From: Candidatus Bathyarchaeota archaeon
Lineage (GTDB): Archaea; Thermoproteota; Bathyarchaeia; 40CM-2-53-6
Direction of reading: 5' to 3'
DNA length: 64,000 nt
Assembly (NCBI GenBank): GCA_963733055.1
Contig: CAVTBR010000001.1
Coordinates: 1 to 64,000, forward strand
This document shows, in pieces, positions 60,428 to 64,000 of this stretch; the stretch's first letter is position 1, and each line of letters starts with the position of its first letter. A program made the translations under genes and the position numbers. The notes under the pieces are model-generated. The model was not told the origin of the DNA. It ran no database searches and was given only the letters and a program-made list of their open reading frames with translations.

Positions 60428-61381
60428 TTGAGACGGGATCTGGCCGTGCAGCAGAGAAGCAACAGGCACTCATTAGCCGTCTGGTACGTTGCGCTTAGGC
60501 CATTTACCTATCCGGCGTCAATCGTCCCCGTGCTTGTGGGTTCTGCCGTGGCTTGGTATAGGGGACACACGGATTTGGTTCTCTTTCTGCTCACCCTGTT
60601 CGGGTCCGTAGCGGTGCAGGCGGGAACGAACTTAGCCAACGAATATTTTGACTATGTGCAGGGAGTTGATAGAGCGGACTCTTTGGGTCCCGCCGGCGTA
60701 ATTCTTGGAGGAAAACTCAGACCAAGGCAAGTGCTCTGTGCAGCAATAGTGGCTTTTGGTTGTGGTACGATCGCTGGTGTGTATATAGCCGCGCAAGTTG
60801 GATGGATCATCCTAGTTCTCGGAGTAACGAGCGTTCTGGCAGCCTGGTTCTACACTGCGAAACCTCTCTCGCTGGGTTACAGGGGCCTTGGGGAGCTGGA
60901 GGTTTTCGTATTTATGGGTCCCGTCACGGTTCTCGCGAGCTATTACGTTCAAGCCAGAAGCCTCGCCTGGAGCCCCCTGCTGCTCTCTCTCCCCGTAGCT
61001 CTTCTAGTAACCGCCATTCTTCACGCTAACAACCTGCGAGACATTGTGCAAGACAACGAGCGACATCGAATTACTTGGGCAGTGCTGGCGTGTAGATCTT
61101 GGGGTATGGAGCGAGGCAGGATTTTTTCCCGTTTCGTCTATTGCGCGATGCTGGCGGGAGCCTATATGATCTTAACTGGACTTGTTGCGACACATGCCGC
61201 CCCTCTACCGACGCTCTTGACGTTCCTTACGATCCCGCAAGCATATTGGCTCATTCGGTTTGTGGCTTCGGGAGTCGAAGGCAAGGCACTCAGCCGCGCT
61301 GTTCGAGGCACGGCACGCCTCCAGATGTCATTTGGCGTGACATTGACTGTTGGGTACTTACTTGCTATGTTGATGCGCTAA
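60428..61381 (+). CDS. menA: DHNA prenyltransferase
   Basis: RP.T.PASIVP, NLANEYFDY..GVD, GYRGLGE, ANNLRD. Confidence 0.9.
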   Translation: MRRDLAVQQRSNRHSLAVWYVALRPFTYPASIVPVLVGSAVAWYRGHTDLVLFLLTLFGSVAVQAGTNLANEYFDYVQGVDRADSLGPAGVILGGKLRPRQVLCAAIVAFGCGTIAGVYIAAQVGWIILVLGVTSVLAAWFYTAKPLSLGYRGLGELEVFVFMGPVTVLASYYVQARSLAWSPLLLSLPVALLVTAILHANNLRDIVQDNERHRITWAVLACRSWGMERGRIFSRFVYCAMLAGAYMILTGLVATHAAPLPTLLTFLTIPQAYWLIRFVASGVEGKALSRAVRGTARLQMSFGVTLTVGYLLAMLMR

Positions 61382-61612
61382 CCAAACATTTAGAGTAGGC
61401 ATTGATTCGTTTGGTGAAAGTTTCTCTTCTAGTGAATCAATTCGACCGCTCAGAAAACGCATACGACTGACAAGAAATCAAAATTGGTCAACGATGAAGA
61501 GCGTAATTGTACACTCAATAGTATTGGAATCGCCAAATTCAAATTGTCATAGTCAGGAACCATCGGTAACCCGTTTATCACCAGCCCTAAGCTCAGACGT
61601 AAACGGGTTGAA

Positions 61613-64000
61613 ATGGCCAGTATCGAGAAGATGCTAAACCCCAAGACAGTCGCGGTGATCGGGGCTTCTGAGAGCGAAGGATCGATTGGACAATCTCTGA
61701 CCAAGAACCTGTTGCTGGGAAGAGACCACAGGAAAATCTACCCCGTGAACGTAAACCGGGAAATGGTCATGGGCCTGAAGTGTTACCCATCAGTATCCAA
61801 GATACCAGAGCATGTCGACTTGGCTGTTATTGCCACTCCTGCAAGAACTGTTCCATCTATAGTGAGCGAATGTGCGAAGGCTGGCGTGGATGGCGCCGTT
61901 ATTGTTTCAGCGGGTTTCCGTGAAGTCGGAACGGCTGGGGCAAAGTTGGAGGATGAGATCAAGCAAATTCAATCGGCGCATGACATTCGAATACTAGGAC
62001 CAAACTGTGTGGGCGTGGCGAGACCGCAGATCGCCCTCAATGTCACATTCCTCCGAGACAACCCTCAACCAGGCCAGATCGCATTCATATCTCAGAGCGG
62101 CGCGCTAGGCTCTGCGATAGTAAACTGGGCCGTAAGTACAGGAATAGGGTTCAGCATTTTCGCTTCCCTGGGTTCTACACTGGACATCGATTACGGGGAC
62201 ATGATCGATTATCTTGGGGAGGACCCTAACACTAAGAGCATCATCGTTTACATGGAGGGCGTCGGAAACGCCAAGAAGTTCATGAGTTCGGCAAGAGGCT
62301 TTGCACGTACAAAACCGATTATCGTAATCAAAGCCGGAAGAAACGCCGCTGGCGCAAAGGCGGCTTCGTCGCATACCGGCGCACTTGCGGGTGACTTCGC
62401 CGTTTACGAAGCCGCCTTCAAGAGAGCTGGAGTTGTGATGGTTGATGAGATTGGAGACCTCTTCAACTGCGCTACCGTCTTGGACTCAAGGTTTCTTCCC
62501 GCGGGCCCGAACTTAGCCATCGTCACAAACGCCGGAGGGCCAGCGGTGCTAGCTGCTGACTCAGTCGTCACTCATGGCGGACAGCTGGCTCAGTTGTCCG
62601 ATGAGTCCATGAAAATATTGAATGGAGCCCTCCCGCCATACTGGAGCCGAGGAAACCCCCTTGACATACTAGGGGACTCTGATGTTTCTAGGTATGAGCT
62701 CGCTGTGAAAACGTGCATTGCGGATCCGAATGTCGATGGACTCCTTGTAATCTACACCCCTCAGGGAACGACTCAACCCACCCAACTTGCCGAAGCGGTT
62801 ACAAAAATCGCTGCAGACAGACGTAAGCCAATGCTTACGGTCTGGATGGGCGAGAGCAGCGTCAGAGAAGCCCGCGAGATATTCCATCGAAACGACATAC
62901 CTACTTACTCAACGCCTGAGGAAGCGGTGAAGACCTACGCATACATGTACCAATACCGACGAAACCTAGACCAACTCTACCAAACTCCCCAGGAACTACG
63001 CGTGGACTTCTCACCGCCCAAGAGCCATCTCAAACTCATGATCCGAAAGGCGGCGAAGACCCGAAAAGCCCTAACTCAACCCGAAGTAGATCGGTTCCTC
63101 GATGCCTACGGGATTCCAAGGGCAAAGGGATCCATAAGCAAAAGCGCGGACCAGGCGGCAATGATCGCCTTAGACATCGGTTTTCCGGTAGCGCTAAAGA
63201 TTTCTTCCGAGGACATTCTTCACAAAACAGACATTGGCGGAGTCGTCACCGGCCTTAGCTCAGCCCAAGCGGTCAAGGACGCGTATAAGGCAATTATCGA
63301 GAGGGCGCACAAAGCGAAACCTGAAGCTAAAGTCGACGGCGTCTACGTGCAAGAAATGGCATCTGCGATAGACTATGAACTTATCCTCGGCTCGAAAAAA
63401 GACAGAGACTTTGGATCGGTTATTCTATTCGGAATGGGCGGGACCGCAGTCGAACTCATTAACGATGTGTCGATCGGACTTGCGCCCCTGAATCAAATTC
63501 TGGCCCATCGAGTCATGGAAGAGACAAAAATCTACAGAGCTCTTACCAAAGGCCTTCGGAACAAGAAAGCCATAGACCTACAGCCCCTCGAAGAGATTAT
63601 GGTGCGATTCTCGAATCTGATTGTGGATTTTCCTGAAATTGCTGAAATGGACATCAACCCACTCATAGCTAACAACGGCAAATTCATCGCTCTCGATGCA
63701 AGAATGATAATCGACCCTAGCGCGCTCAGCCGGGCCGAAGCCTACCCACACCTAGTAATCACTCCCTATCCCTCTAAGTATGTTGTCCCATGGAGATTGA
63801 AGGACGGCACCGAGGTAACTCTGCGGCCCATAAAACCCGAAGATGAACCCATCGAACTTGAGTTCATACGGGGCTTGTCGACGGAAACGAGCCGATTCAG
63901 GTTCTTCCAAATAATCAAGGATCTACCACACGACGCCCTCGTCCGTTTCTGCAACATCGACTACGACAGGGAGATGGCCATCATCGCCGAAGCCCGAGAA
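61613..64000 (+). CDS. NDP-forming acyl-CoA synthetase-like/GNAT fusion (Pat/YfiQ-like), runs off the window end
   Basis: VAVIGAS, GPNC.G, SQSGA, SHTGALAG, NPLD, ATP-grasp HKTDIGGV, then GNAT start LRPIKPED...IDYDREMA. Confidence 0.88.
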   Translation, partial: MASIEKMLNPKTVAVIGASESEGSIGQSLTKNLLLGRDHRKIYPVNVNREMVMGLKCYPSVSKIPEHVDLAVIATPARTVPSIVSECAKAGVDGAVIVSAGFREVGTAGAKLEDEIKQIQSAHDIRILGPNCVGVARPQIALNVTFLRDNPQPGQIAFISQSGALGSAIVNWAVSTGIGFSIFASLGSTLDIDYGDMIDYLGEDPNTKSIIVYMEGVGNAKKFMSSARGFARTKPIIVIKAGRNAAGAKAASSHTGALAGDFAVYEAAFKRAGVVMVDEIGDLFNCATVLDSRFLPAGPNLAIVTNAGGPAVLAADSVVTHGGQLAQLSDESMKILNGALPPYWSRGNPLDILGDSDVSRYELAVKTCIADPNVDGLLVIYTPQGTTQPTQLAEAVTKIAADRRKPMLTVWMGESSVREAREIFHRNDIPTYSTPEEAVKTYAYMYQYRRNLDQLYQTPQELRVDFSPPKSHLKLMIRKAAKTRKALTQPEVDRFLDAYGIPRAKGSISKSADQAAMIALDIGFPVALKISSEDILHKTDIGGVVTGLSSAQAVKDAYKAIIERAHKAKPEAKVDGVYVQEMASAIDYELILGSKKDRDFGSVILFGMGGTAVELINDVSIGLAPLNQILAHRVMEETKIYRALTKGLRNKKAIDLQPLEEIMVRFSNLIVDFPEIAEMDINPLIANNGKFIALDARMIIDPSALSRAEAYPHLVITPYPSKYVVPWRLKDGTEVTLRPIKPEDEPIELEFIRGLSTETSRFRFFQIIKDLPHDALVRFCNIDYDREMAIIAEARE

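Noticed and set aside
1-64000. CRISPR array, cas genes, rRNA or IS transposase
   Set aside because: I saw no regularly spaced identical repeats with unique spacers and no Cas, transposase or rRNA signatures.

Overview
Archaeal chromosomal window. L40e, a single-OB SSB, a tRNA with BHB introns and a degenerate RAD55/KaiC-like gene point to a Bathyarchaeia/TACK-type organism (inference). It holds two divergent Dpp/Opp ABC transporter operons, a tRNA-His(GUG) with three non-canonical introns, and a TPP riboswitch ahead of thiT plus a PurM/ThiL-fold gene. Housekeeping and redox genes include a fused ETF, guaB, a rhodanese next to a GcvH-like/TusA fusion, and citrate synthase. A 6.35-kb tyrosine-recombinase element sits in the 3' end of udg, supplies a replacement C-terminus and carries a tandem six-hairpin structured repeat. 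A classical menaquinone cluster (menC, F, D, H, B, A) lacks menE and menI but has a family III CoA-transferase between menH and menB. Three genes show apparent +1 frameshifts in the same CTG(C/A)G context. All calls are by eye from sequence and motifs; no searches were run.
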